Source of the DNA: Xanthobacter sp. NM-25
GTDB lineage: Bacteria; Pseudomonadota; Alphaproteobacteria; Rhizobiales; Xanthobacteraceae
Length of the DNA: 32,000 bases
Assembly (NCBI RefSeq): GCF_022138605.1
Contig: NZ_JACBFS010000001.1
Coordinates: 847,851-879,850 of the forward strand
Direction of reading: 5' to 3'
Numbering within the stretch: the first letter of the stretch is position 1; each line of letters starts with the position of its first letter. Both the position numbers and the translations under genes were made by a program. Shown in pieces: positions 8,994 to 17,857 of the stretch. Under the pieces are notes generated by a model. The model did not search any database, was not told where the DNA came from, and worked only from the letters and a program-made list of their open reading frames with translations.

Positions 8994-9977
8994 TCAGCCG
9001 ACGGCGCGCCGCTTGGTGGCGGTGGCCGGACCATGCTCGGCAAGGCACGAGATGGCGATATCGAGGCTCGCCACCCCCTGCTCGCCGGTCACCTCCGGCG
9101 GGCGGCCGGTGCGCACGGCGGTGAGGAAGTTCTCAAGCTCGCTGCGCAGCGGCTCCGCATAGGCCACCGGCAGGTGGCGGGTGGAATAGGACCCGTCCGG
9201 CCGATAGTCGAAATGCTCAGTCACCTGGCGGGTGAGCAGATCGCCGATCACGTATTTCTTGGCGGTGGCCACATGCACCGTGCGCGCCTTGAAGGGCGTG
9301 AGCCAGTTGGTGTTGATGTGGGCGAGCACACCGGAAGCGGTGCGGAACTGCAGCAGCGCGATATCCTCGCGCGCCGCCAGCGCCGCCGCAGTCTGCGGCT
9401 GCACCTCGATGATCTCGGAATCGGTCAGCCAGCGGATCAGGTCGATGTCGTGCACCGCAAGGTCGATCACCACGCCCACATTGGACATGCGCGGCGGGAA
9501 CGGCCCCACCCGGGTGAACGCCACCGAGAGGATGTGCTCACCGCGGATCGCTTCCTTCACCGCGCGGACCGCGGGATTGAAGCGCTCCACATGGCCGACC
9601 ATGAGGGTCACGCCCTTGTCGCGGGCGGCGGCGACGATCTCGCGGCCTTCCTCGGCGGTGGAGGCGATGGGCTTTTCCACCAGCACCGAGCAGCCGGCGC
9701 CGATGACGTCGAGGGCGACCTGGTGATGCAGATGGGTGGGCGCGGCCACCACCACCGCGTCGAGCCCGAGATCCAGCAGCGCGCGATGATCACCGACCGC
9801 CTTGCAGCCGAGGAAATTGGCGACCCGCTCCGCCTGGGCCTGGTCGGGATCCGCCACCGCCACCAGCTCGGCGCCGGGCAGTTCCGACAGCACGCGGGCG
9901 TGGTTGGATCCCATGATGCCGATGCCCGTGACACCGACGCGAAGGGCGCGCGCGTCCGGCGCTGCCACATGAGCCAT
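8994..9977 (-). CDS. Gfo/Idh/MocA-family NAD-dependent sugar-nucleotide oxidoreductase (GnnA/WbpB-like)
   Basis: Rossmann N-terminus LRVGVTGIGIMGSNHARVL...AELVAVADPD and the EKP motif (VLVEKPIAST). Start placed at the ATG at 9977, with a GAGGG SD 6 nt upstream. The track start at 9989 is a GTG inside that SD. Lies 30 nt upstream of the aminotransferase. Confidence 0.88.
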   Translation of the reverse strand: MAHVAAPDARALRVGVTGIGIMGSNHARVLSELPGAELVAVADPDQAQAERVANFLGCKAVGDHRALLDLGLDAVVVAAPTHLHHQVALDVIGAGCSVLVEKPIASTAEEGREIVAAARDKGVTLMVGHVERFNPAVRAVKEAIRGEHILSVAFTRVGPFPPRMSNVGVVIDLAVHDIDLIRWLTDSEIIEVQPQTAAALAAREDIALLQFRTASGVLAHINTNWLTPFKARTVHVATAKKYVIGDLLTRQVTEHFDYRPDGSYSTRHLPVAYAEPLRSELENFLTAVRTGRPPEVTGEQGVASLDIAISCLAEHGPATATKRRAVG

Positions 9978-10269
9978 GAGAGCCCTCACTCCTTGTTCAC
10001 GAGTGCGGCTCCTAGCACGACAATGAAGGAAGAAGCGAGGCGGCGGGCCGAACAGACCCGGCGGCGACGTTCAAGAATTGCGTCCCCATGTTACCGATGC
10101 ACGCCCCCGCGACGGGCCTAACGCAGCGACATCGGCGTCCTGAAATCGTTCTCCGGGGTCGGCGCCGGAACAGGGAAAGTCTTCCCTCCGGCGGTCGAGG
10201 CGATTAAGGGACCACCCCAACCAAACCCGGGCTACCCTCAAGCCACCACCACGATTGGGCCAGAGCCTC

Positions 10270-10725
10270 ATGCGCAAGATCGTCGCCGGCAAGCTGCACG
10301 GCATCACCGTGACAGGAGCCGATCTCAACTATCACGGCTCCATCACCCTCGACCCCGACCACTGCGAGGAGGCGGGCATTCTGCCGCTGGAGTTCGTGGA
10401 GATCTGGAACCGCAATTCCGGTGCCCGCATCTCCACTTACGTGATCCTGGGCGAGCGCGGCTCGCGCTGCTGCATCCTGAATGGCGCCGCCGCCCGCACC
10501 TGCCAGCCGGGCGACGAAGTCATCATCTGCAACTCGGTCTATGTGGACGAGGCGGAGATCCCGGCGCTGCGCCCGCGCGTTCTCACCTTCGACAAGGACA
10601 ACAAGGTCACCGGCAAGCTGGTCTATGAGGTGGAGCGGGACGCGGAAGGCGGCTACCGCTTCTCCATCCGCGACGAGACCGGCGCCGCCCAGCCCATTCC
10701 GCTGAAGGCCAAACCCCGCGGATGA
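10270..10725 (+). CDS. panD: Aspartate 1-decarboxylase proenzyme
   Basis: [23 protein letters not shown]|SITLD...[49 protein letters not shown] matches PanD throughout, including the self-cleavage Gly-Ser site. Start at the ATG at 10270; the track start at 10255 is TTG. The C-terminus is about 25 aa longer than E. coli PanD. Confidence 0.93.
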   Translation: MRKIVAGKLHGITVTGADLNYHGSITLDPDHCEEAGILPLEFVEIWNRNSGARISTYVILGERGSRCCILNGAAARTCQPGDEVIICNSVYVDEAEIPALRPRVLTFDKDNKVTGKLVYEVERDAEGGYRFSIRDETGAAQPIPLKAKPRG

Positions 10726-10729
10726 GACC

Positions 10730-10753
10730 CCGCGCGGCCGGACAGCCGCGCGG
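10730..10753. terminator. GC-rich hairpin between convergent panD and the omp gene; a possible shared terminator with no clear U-tract
   Basis: CCGCGCGGC-cggaca-GCCGCGCGG (9-bp perfect stem), 5 nt after the panD stop. It is followed only by TT on the plus strand. Confidence 0.35.
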
Positions 10754-10788
10754 TTGGCGCAGGGCAGACGTGCGCCGGCGGGGCGCGA

Positions 10789-11439
10789 TCAGAACTTGTA
10801 GTTCACACCGACCCGCACGGTCTGGTTGTTACCCCCCGAATCGGCGCCGGCGATATCGTAATATTTGGAGCTGAGATCGGTATAGAGATACTCGGTCTTG
10901 GCGGTCCAATGATCGGTGAGGGCATATTCGAGCCCGGCGCCAGCGGTCCAGCCGGTGTGAGTCTGGGATTGGCTCAGCGCGCCGTAATCCAGGGTATTGT
11001 TACCCCAGGCGAAGCCGCCGGTGACATAGGGCAGCACCCGGCCGAAGGCATAGCCGAGCCGGGCCCGCACCGTGCCGAAGGCGTTGAGCTTGCTGGACAT
11101 GCCGAGGCCGCTGTCGGAGATGTCGCCACCATCCACATCGGCTTCGAGGCCGGCGACGACATTGTTCTGGAACTGGTAGTTCACGCCCAGCTGGCCGCCG
11201 CCGAACCAGCCCTTGGGAGAGAGCCCATAGGCATCGGCGAGGCCGGTGCCGCTGCTCCAACCGTAGCCGGCGTTGGCGCCGATATAAAAACCGGTCCAGG
11301 AAAAGGCCGGCGCCGGCATCGCCACCGGGGCCTTGGCCACCGTTGCCGGTCGGGACAGGTCGGCGGCAAGCGCCGGCGCTGCCGCGCCTCCCAGCGCCGC
11401 CATTGCGACAATCGCCCCCGCGAAAGATCCGCGCGTCAT
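10789..11439 (-). CDS. Outer-membrane beta-barrel protein, Omp25/Omp31/RopB-like (OmpA-like transmembrane domain family)
   Basis: Signal peptide MTRGSFAGAIVAMAALGGAAAPALA|AD. Has an FSWTGFYIGANAGYGW first strand, alternating aromatic/Gly strands and the C-terminal VRVGVNYKF signature. GGAAGGAG SD. Confidence 0.9.
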   Translation of the reverse strand: MTRGSFAGAIVAMAALGGAAAPALAADLSRPATVAKAPVAMPAPAFSWTGFYIGANAGYGWSSGTGLADAYGLSPKGWFGGGQLGVNYQFQNNVVAGLEADVDGGDISDSGLGMSSKLNAFGTVRARLGYAFGRVLPYVTGGFAWGNNTLDYGALSQSQTHTGWTAGAGLEYALTDHWTAKTEYLYTDLSSKYYDIAGADSGGNNQTVRVGVNYKF

Positions 11440-11580
11440 GGAAGCTCCTTCCGCTCACTGTGAGCGGGAAAAGCCTCGGCGCCGGCGGCGGCCGCCTCGT
11501 GGCGCCGCGACAGCGCCGGCGTGACCATAATTGGGCCCGGCGCACGAGCGCGTGAGCTGCCGGAAAGTCATGTGCTGCAA

Positions 11581-11613
11581 CGAAAAAGAGCTCCCCGGCC
11601 ATGGCCGGGGAGC
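11581..11613 (-). terminator. Rho-independent terminator of the upstream omp paralogue
   Basis: Perfect 24-nt palindrome GCTCCCCGGCCATGGCCGGGGAGC (11590-11613), followed on the minus strand by TCTTTTTCG. It lies 26 nt after the stop at 11639. Confidence 0.85.
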
Positions 11614-11638
11614 CCCAAGACGCATCCGATGCGGTCGA

Positions 11639-12331
11639 TCAGAACTTGTAGTTCACGCCGGCCTTGACGGTGTTCATGCTGAAGCCCGAAGAGGCCACGT
11701 CGCCGCCGGGATACACGATCTTCTGGCCGTCGAAGTCGGCGTACAGATACTCGGCCTTGACGGTCCAGTTGTTGGTGACGGCGTATTCGAGGCCACCACC
11801 GATGGTCCAGCCCCAGCTGGTGCTGTCGGCGGAGGCGCCGAGCGGGCCGGTGAAGTTGGTGTTGGCCCAGGCCGCGCCGCCGGTGAAGTACGGCAGGAAG
11901 CGGTCCATGGCATAGCCGAGACGGCCGCGGATGGTGCCGAAGTAGTCAAGGCTCTGCGAGGTGAAGCGGCCAGCCATGGGCCCGCCGATCAGCACGTTGT
12001 CCTTGCCCATGTCGGCGAACTCGAGGTCGGCCTCAAGGCCCACCACGACGTTGTTGGCGAACTGGAAGTTATAGCCGCCCTGCAGACCGCCGAACATGCC
12101 GTTGGCATCGCCGACGTTGTAGCTGTAGTTGATGCCGCCGGTGGCATAGTCGAACGAGTTCGACCCCCAGCCATAACCGACGTTGCCGCCGATGTAGAAG
12201 CCGGTCCAGGAGAACATCTGCACGGGCACCACCGCAGCCTTCACAGGATAGCGGGTCGACAGATCGGCGGCGGAGGCCGAACCAGCCAGGAGAGCGAGGG
12301 CAGAGACGCCCAGGAGGGCACGCTTCAACAT
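11639..12331 (-). CDS. Outer-membrane beta-barrel protein, second Omp25/Omp31/RopB-like paralogue
   Basis: Signal peptide MLKRALLGVSALALLAGSASA|AD. Has FSWTGFYIGGNVGYGW and the C-terminal VKAGVNYKF. Same architecture as the neighbouring gene. Confidence 0.9.
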   Translation of the reverse strand: MLKRALLGVSALALLAGSASAADLSTRYPVKAAVVPVQMFSWTGFYIGGNVGYGWGSNSFDYATGGINYSYNVGDANGMFGGLQGGYNFQFANNVVVGLEADLEFADMGKDNVLIGGPMAGRFTSQSLDYFGTIRGRLGYAMDRFLPYFTGGAAWANTNFTGPLGASADSTSWGWTIGGGLEYAVTNNWTVKAEYLYADFDGQKIVYPGGDVASSGFSMNTVKAGVNYKF

Positions 12332-13040
12332 GATGGATACCTTCTTCGTAACTCTCGGTCCGCCCTAGGGGCCGCGACCGACGATGGATGACTTCATACC
12401 GACTGGCGCCGCGAACGTCTGTAGCGAACTCGCCACACCAGAAAAATCAAAAGCGGCAGGGATGTGGCAAATCGTTTCCAACTTCCTAACACATCCAGGC
12501 CGACTCAACGTCAAACAAGGCGAGATCGGGATTGACCACAGTTGCGCCTTATTTTCCAAGAGCCAACATGGCTCCGAAAACTGCATCGATAGTTGAACCG
12601 CAGAAAGTGAATATTTCTTCTCCGATTCAACAATCACATTCCATATCAACACGAGCGTTCGGACGAAGAAGCTTTACGTACGGACACTCGATTTTTGCGA
12701 TGCGTCTTCGCGCGCCACAACCTCCTCAACACCTGGACCCAGAAGGCATGGTGGCGTCGGCATCCTCGGCCCCACGCGCCGCGGCGGGGCACCCGGTCAC
12801 CGCGCTTCGAGCCTGTGCCGCACTATCACAGCCGAAGCTTGCCCGGCTCTGACCTCACCGCATCTCCTAGCGACGTGCTGAACGCCAGGTAAATCAGACA
12901 ACACATTGAAAAGTATTTGTGATTTTGACACCGACGCGGATGAGGCCGCCGCCACATCCCCCACCGCGCGCGATCGTGGTTGAGGAAAGGTTGCCAAGCG
13001 CCCTCTGGCTCTTCCCGGTCCCACTGCCTAAGTTGCCGGC

Positions 13041-15215
13041 ATGAACGGCAAACGCCCCAATGAGTCCCACCGCGCACCACCGGAAGCGCCGCTGGCGGCC
13101 CCCTTCGCCGCAGCCGAAGCCACGGCCCCGGAGACCGGCGCCGCCCTGCCCGAGGCGGGCGCCTCCCCGCTCTTGCGCGAAACGCCGGAGGACGTGCCGG
13201 AAGCCTCCGAACTCGCCATCGGCCGCGCCGCCATCATCCATGCGGTGAAGCACGCGCCCACCGGCCCCGGCGTCTACCGCATGCTGTCGGTGGATGGCAC
13301 GGTGCTCTATGTGGGCAAGGCCAAGAGCATCAAGAAGCGGGTGCTGAGCTATACCCGCCCGGTGGGCCACACCAACCGCATCGCCCGCATGATCGCGGCC
13401 ACCGCGCGCATGGAGTTCGTCTCCACCCGCACCGAGCCGGAAGCGCTGCTGCTGGAAGCCAACCTCATCAAGCAGCTGAAGCCGCGCTTCAACGTGCTGC
13501 TGCGCGACGACAAGTCCTTTCCCTACATCCTCATCACCGCCGACCACGCGGCGCCGCAGATCCTCAAGCATCGCGGTGCCCGCAACCGGCCGGGGGATTA
13601 TTACGGGCCGTTCGCCAGCGTCTGGGCGGTGGATCGCACCATCAACGCCCTGGAGCGGGCGTTCCTGCTGCGCTCCTGCTCGGACAGCTATTTCGAGAAC
13701 CGCTCCCGGCCCTGCCTGCTCTACCAGATCAAGCGCTGCGCCGGCCCCTGCACGGGCGAGATCGAGGAGCGGGATTACGCTCAGCTGGTGCGCGAGGCGA
13801 AAGCCTTCCTCTCCGGCCGCTCCCGCGCCATCAAGGAAGAGCTGGCCCAGGAGATGGAGCAGGCCGCCGAGGCGCTGGAGTTCGAGCGCGCGGCGCGGCT
13901 GCGCGATCGTCTGGCGGCCCTCTCCGCCGTGCAGGGCACCCAGGGCATCAATCCCCATTCGGTGGAGGAGGCGGATGTGTTCGCCTGCCACCAGGAGGGC
14001 GGGGCCACCTGCATCGAGGTGTTCTTCTTCCGCACCGGCCAGAACTGGGGCAACCGCGCCTATTACCCGCGCGCCGACCGCTCGCTGGATGAAGCGGAGG
14101 TGCTGGGCGCCTTCCTCTCGCAATTCTACGAGGACAAACCGGCGCCCCACCTCATCCTCCTGTCCCACAAGGTGGAGGAGCAGGCGCTGCTGGCCGAGGC
14201 CCTCTCGGAGAAGGCGGGCTTCAAGGTGGAGATCGCCGCGCCCCAGCGGGGCGAGAAGCGCGATCTCGTCAACCACGCCCTGCAGAACGCCCGCGAGGCG
14301 CTCGGCCGCACCCTGGCGGAAACCGCCACCCAGGCGCGGCTGCTGGAGGGCGTCGCCCAGGCCTTCCACCTGCCGCACCCGCCCCAGCGCATCGAGGTCT
14401 ATGACAATTCCCACATCATGGGCACCAATGCGGTGGGCGGCATGATCGTGGCCGGGCCGGAAGGCTTCCGCAAATCGCAATATCGCAAGTTCAACATCAA
14501 GTCGGCTGACCTCGTGCCCGGCGACGACTTCGGCATGATGCGCGAGGTGCTGCGCCGCAGATTCTCCCGACTGCTGAAGGAAGCCCCGCTGGGGGAAGAG
14601 GAGGCGGAAGCCCCACCGCCGGAGGAACAGGCGGACGCACCCACCCTGGAGAATGCTCCGCAGGCGCCACGGGACACCGATCTGCCCGAGGCCACCGACG
14701 GCGAGACGGAGGCCGACGAGCAGGATGGCCCGCTGCCCGATGCGGATGCCGCCTCGCCCTGGCCTGATCTGGTGCTCATCGACGGCGGCCTCGGCCAGCT
14801 CAATGTGGCGCGGGAGGTGCTGTCCGAGCTCGGCATCACCACTGTGCCCCTGGTGGGCATCGCCAAGGGGCTCGACCGCGAGGCCGGGCGCGAGCAATTC
14901 TTCATTCCCGGCCAGAAGCCGTTCCGCATGGAGCCGCGCGACCCGGTGCTCTATTTCATCCAGCGCCTGCGCGATGAAGCCCACCGCTTCGCCATCGGCT
15001 CCCACCGGGCGCGGCGCAAGAAGGACATCACCGAGGCGGGGCTGCAGGCCATTCCCGGCGTCGGCCCCACCCGGAAGCGGGCGCTGCTGCGTCACTTCGG
15101 CACCCTCAAGGCCATCGAACGCGCAGCGCTCGCCGATCTTGAACAAGTATCTGGAATCAATGCCACAACCGCGAAAGCGGTCTATGATTATTTCCACGAG
15201 CGCCCGGCTTCGTGA
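13041..15215 (+). CDS. uvrC: Excinuclease ABC subunit C
   Basis: 724 aa. GIY-YIG domain ([30 protein letters not shown]...[19 protein letters not shown]), UVR domain ([15 protein letters not shown]), RNase H-like endonuclease region ([12 protein letters not shown]) and C-terminal (HhH)2 ([25 protein letters not shown]). The exact start is uncertain because of a long Ala/Pro-rich N-terminus. Confidence 0.93.
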   Translation: MNGKRPNESHRAPPEAPLAAPFAAAEATAPETGAALPEAGASPLLRETPEDVPEASELAIGRAAIIHAVKHAPTGPGVYRMLSVDGTVLYVGKAKSIKKRVLSYTRPVGHTNRIARMIAATARMEFVSTRTEPEALLLEANLIKQLKPRFNVLLRDDKSFPYILITADHAAPQILKHRGARNRPGDYYGPFASVWAVDRTINALERAFLLRSCSDSYFENRSRPCLLYQIKRCAGPCTGEIEERDYAQLVREAKAFLSGRSRAIKEELAQEMEQAAEALEFERAARLRDRLAALSAVQGTQGINPHSVEEADVFACHQEGGATCIEVFFFRTGQNWGNRAYYPRADRSLDEAEVLGAFLSQFYEDKPAPHLILLSHKVEEQALLAEALSEKAGFKVEIAAPQRGEKRDLVNHALQNAREALGRTLAETATQARLLEGVAQAFHLPHPPQRIEVYDNSHIMGTNAVGGMIVAGPEGFRKSQYRKFNIKSADLVPGDDFGMMREVLRRRFSRLLKEAPLGEEEAEAPPPEEQADAPTLENAPQAPRDTDLPEATDGETEADEQDGPLPDADAASPWPDLVLIDGGLGQLNVAREVLSELGITTVPLVGIAKGLDREAGREQFFIPGQKPFRMEPRDPVLYFIQRLRDEAHRFAIGSHRARRKKDITEAGLQAIPGVGPTRKRALLRHFGTLKAIERAALADLEQVSGINATTAKAVYDYFHERPAS

Positions 15216-15309
15216 GGCGCCCTCCCCCCGGCGCGGGTTTCCCCGGTCCGCGTCGCGCATTAAACAGGGGATCGCAAGCTACCTGATCTGCATCCGCGAA
15301 GTGACGAGC

Positions 15310-15936
15310 ATGGCTGAGGCCGCAACGCGCACCACTCCTTCACCCGGCCGGGGCCACGCCCTCTCCGTGCCCAATCTCCTGACCTATGCGCGCTGCATCG
15401 CGGTGCCGCTGGTGGCCGCCTGCCTGTTCTGGTCGGACATCCTGCACGGCGGCCTGTGGCTGCGCTGGGTGGCGCTGGCCATCTACATCGCCGCTGCGGT
15501 GACCGACTTCTTCGACGGCTACCTCGCCCGCGCCTGGCAGCAGCAATCGGCCATCGGCCGCATGCTCGACCCCATCGCCGACAAGCTGCTGGTCTCCACC
15601 TCGCTGCTGATGCTGGCCTCCGACGGCACCATTCGCGGCTGGTCCCTGTGGGCGGCCATCGTCATCCTGTGCCGCGAGATCCTGGTCTCGGGCCTGCGGG
15701 AGTTCCTGGCGGAGCTGCGGGTCTCGGTGCCGGTGTCCCGTCTCGCCAAGTGGAAAACCACCGTGCAACTGGTGGCAGTCGGCGTGCTCATCACCGGCCA
15801 GGCCGGCGAGCGGGTGCTGCCGGGGGTGACCCTCGCCGGCCTGAGCCTGCTGTGGATCGCCGCCGTGCTGACCCTCTATACCGGCTACGACTACTTCCGC
15901 GCCGGCGCCCGCCACCTGGTGGAGGACGAGGCATGA
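15310..15936 (+). CDS. pgsA: CDP-diacylglycerol--glycerol-3-phosphate 3-phosphatidyltransferase
   Basis: From the ATG at 15310: MAEAATR...VPNLLTYARCIAVPLVA...DFFDGYLARAWQQQSAIGRMLDPIADKL, which is the CDP-alcohol phosphatidyltransferase motif D-x2-DG-x2-AR-x8-G-x3-D-x3-D. The upstream half of the 427-aa track ORF overlaps uvrC out of frame and is not coding. Confidence 0.9.
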   Translation: MAEAATRTTPSPGRGHALSVPNLLTYARCIAVPLVAACLFWSDILHGGLWLRWVALAIYIAAAVTDFFDGYLARAWQQQSAIGRMLDPIADKLLVSTSLLMLASDGTIRGWSLWAAIVILCREILVSGLREFLAELRVSVPVSRLAKWKTTVQLVAVGVLITGQAGERVLPGVTLAGLSLLWIAAVLTLYTGYDYFRAGARHLVEDEA

Positions 15937-16184
15937 GGGTGCTCTATTTCGCCTGGCTGCGCGAACGGGTGGGCCTGGGCGAGGAAGAGGTGAGCCCGCC
16001 GGCCACGGTGGTCACCGTGGCGGATCTGGCCCGCTGGCTGGCGGCGCGCGACGACGCCCACGCCCACGCCTTCACCGACCCCGCCGTGGTGCGTGCCGCC
16101 CTCGACCGGCGCCATGTGAAGCCCGACACCCCCTTGGGCGCGGCCCGCGAGGTGGCCTTCTTCCCGCCCATGACCGGGGGCTGA
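15933..16184 (+). CDS. moaD: Molybdopterin synthase sulfur-carrier subunit
   Basis: 83 aa: MRVLYFAWLRERVGLGEEEV...EVAFFPPMTGG. Ubiquitin-like MoaD with the diagnostic C-terminal Gly-Gly. Its ATG overlaps the pgsA stop (ATGA). Confidence 0.88.
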   Translation: MRVLYFAWLRERVGLGEEEVSPPATVVTVADLARWLAARDDAHAHAFTDPAVVRAALDRRHVKPDTPLGAAREVAFFPPMTGG

Positions 16185-16187
16185 GGG

Positions 16188-16754
16188 ATGACGCCCGCGG
16201 CCGCCCCGGAAGCGATCTTTCATGTCGCCGTTCAGGCGGCTCCGTTCGACACGGCGACGCAGATCGCGCGCCTCGCCCGGGGTCGCACCAACATGGGCGC
16301 GGTGGTGACCTTCACCGGCCTGTGCCGGGCCGACGCCGGCGACGCGCCACTCACCGCCCTGGTGCTGGAGCATTATCCGGGCATGGCGGAGGAAGAGATC
16401 ACCCGTCACCTGGACACCGCCCGCGCCCGCTGGCCACTGCAGGGCGCGATCATCATCCATCGCCACGGGCGGATCGTGCCGGGCGAGCCCATCGTCCTGG
16501 TGGTCACCGCCTCCGCCCATCGGGCGGCAGCCTTCGCGGCGGCGGAATTCCTGATGGATTGGCTGAAGACCAGCGCCCCCTTCTGGAAGAAAGAGGAGCG
16601 GGCCGCCCATCACGGAGGCTGGGTCGCGGCCAAGGCCGCCGATGATCAGGCCGCCGCCCGCTGGAGCCCGCCCGCCCAACAAGGGCAGAAGGATGGGCCC
16701 GAAGATGGGCCGAAGGCGGCGCCCGAAAGCGAATCGAAGGACGGTAGCCGTTAA
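16188..16754 (+). CDS. moaE: Molybdopterin synthase catalytic subunit
   Basis: GAVVTFTGLCR...LEHYPGMAEEEI...IIHRHGRIVPGEPIVLVVTASAHRAAAFAAAEFLMDWLKTSAPFWKKE is the MoaE core. It starts 3 nt after moaD. It carries a roughly 40-aa low-complexity acidic/Lys tail. Confidence 0.9.
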   Translation: MTPAAAPEAIFHVAVQAAPFDTATQIARLARGRTNMGAVVTFTGLCRADAGDAPLTALVLEHYPGMAEEEITRHLDTARARWPLQGAIIIHRHGRIVPGEPIVLVVTASAHRAAAFAAAEFLMDWLKTSAPFWKKEERAAHHGGWVAAKAADDQAAARWSPPAQQGQKDGPEDGPKAAPESESKDGSR

Positions 16755-17113
16755 CCATACACGGAATCACCCCTCCCCCCGCAAGCCCCCCGGGGCGGGC
16801 CTCGCGGCGGTCGTATCGCCTGTGATTTTTCTACCGTGGGACGCAGCGCCGCCGGCCGTAATGCGAGCCACAGCGCGACTGATTCCCTCTGCGTGCGTCA
16901 GATCCGCTTTTCTCACAAGCACTTGTGGACAGGCCGCCAAGCCCTGCGGCGACAGGATCGGGCACCCCCCGCCGGTGGGCCGCCGGGAGGTTCTCTTTGA
17001 AAACCGGCGAGAACTGGCTAAAAGAAATGTGATGAGACCCAGTCGTTTCCCGTGCCCCCGGGATCAAGCGGACACGCTCGGGTTGATAATGTCCTGATGG
17101 GTGGAGCTGAGCG

Positions 17114-17659
17114 ATGGAGAGCCCCCGCGTTTATGTGTACCAGTTCGCCACCGGCGCCCAATGGGCCGCGGGTGACAGCGTGGAGACCTATCTCCGTCGC
17201 CTGCTGGATGTGGACTTCATTCAGAACCTGCGTGCTGACCGGCTCGCCGCTCTGACCAGCTTCCTGGACGAGGCGTTCCAGCTGGCCCATTCGCTGGGCT
17301 GGACCGGCACCGCCCGCGAGGCGCCGCAGATGTTCTCCCTGCCGGGCATGCCGGTGGACGAGGAGGTCTATATGGTGGCCTGGGAGCAGGAGGACGGCAT
17401 CGCCTTCATCGCCTCTCCCTTCCCGCTGCCCTGGCTTGATGCCAAGGCCTCGCGCACCACGGATTCGAGCCGCGCCGTTCCGGTGTCGGACGCCCGTCCC
17501 GCCCCGGCCACCAGCCGGCCGCAACCCCTGGAAGTGGCTCCGGCCAGCGCCCGGGAGGACGCCCGCGACCCTTTTTCGGATTTCGTGCGCCGCGATGAGG
17601 CGGCGCGCCTGACCCGCGAGCCGGGTCAGGAAGAAGAAGCGGGACGTCGCTTCTTCTGA
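17114..17659 (+). CDS. Hypothetical protein: a compact N-terminal domain of about 110 aa plus a Pro/Ala/Arg-rich, probably disordered tail
   Basis: 181-aa ORF with strong GC3 bias, a GGTGGAG SD 7 nt upstream of the ATG, and its own terminator at 17694-17728. I recognise no family. Confidence 0.7.
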   Translation: MESPRVYVYQFATGAQWAAGDSVETYLRRLLDVDFIQNLRADRLAALTSFLDEAFQLAHSLGWTGTAREAPQMFSLPGMPVDEEVYMVAWEQEDGIAFIASPFPLPWLDAKASRTTDSSRAVPVSDARPAPATSRPQPLEVAPASAREDARDPFSDFVRRDEAARLTREPGQEEEAGRRFF

Positions 17660-17693
17660 GCCGGGGGCGGCCCTGCCGCCTTCCGCAAGAGAT

Positions 17694-17728
17694 GGCCGGT
17701 GAGCCCTGCTCGCCGGCCTTTTTGTTTG
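17694..17728 (+). terminator. Rho-independent terminator of the 181-aa gene
   Basis: GGCCGGTGAG-ccctg-CTCGCCGGCC (10 bp, one G.U pair) followed by TTTTTGTTTG, 35 nt after the stop. Confidence 0.8.
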
Positions 17729-17857
17729 CTGGCACGGCCTGCCGGGATCTCCCCGCCCAAGGGAAGAGCACCCGACGCTCACGACGATGTGGCGCCCGCC
17801 CCCTTCATCCTGCGGCGAAACTGACCTAAAGAGGCGATCCGCCGTCAGGATTGCCCC

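Noticed and set aside
7752-10121. 789-aa plus-strand ORF, the longest ORF in this part of the window
   Set aside because: It is entirely antisense to two genes with unmistakable family signatures (DegT aminotransferase and Gfo/Idh/MocA oxidoreductase). Its composition is dominated by G/R/H/A/L/D runs, with no motifs and no SD. This is the classic high-GC shadow ORF.
12721-12727. CCTCCTC tract here, and CCTCCTCCT at 29855-29863, reminiscent of the anti-SD loops of alphaproteobacterial alpha-r14/cuckoo-type sRNAs
   Set aside because: These are single occurrences that are not displayed in hairpin loops and are not followed by a terminator. That is insufficient to call an sRNA.
12894-15260. 788-aa minus-strand ORF
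   Set aside because: Antisense shadow of uvrC. It has Arg/Gly/Ala/Leu-rich low-information sequence, whereas the opposite strand carries the complete GIY-YIG/UVR/HhH UvrC architecture.
14653-15309. N-terminal half of the 427-aa plus-strand ORF 14653..15936
   Set aside because: It overlaps the 3' third of uvrC in another frame and is Arg/Pro/Ser-rich. The PgsA homology begins only at the ATG at 15310.
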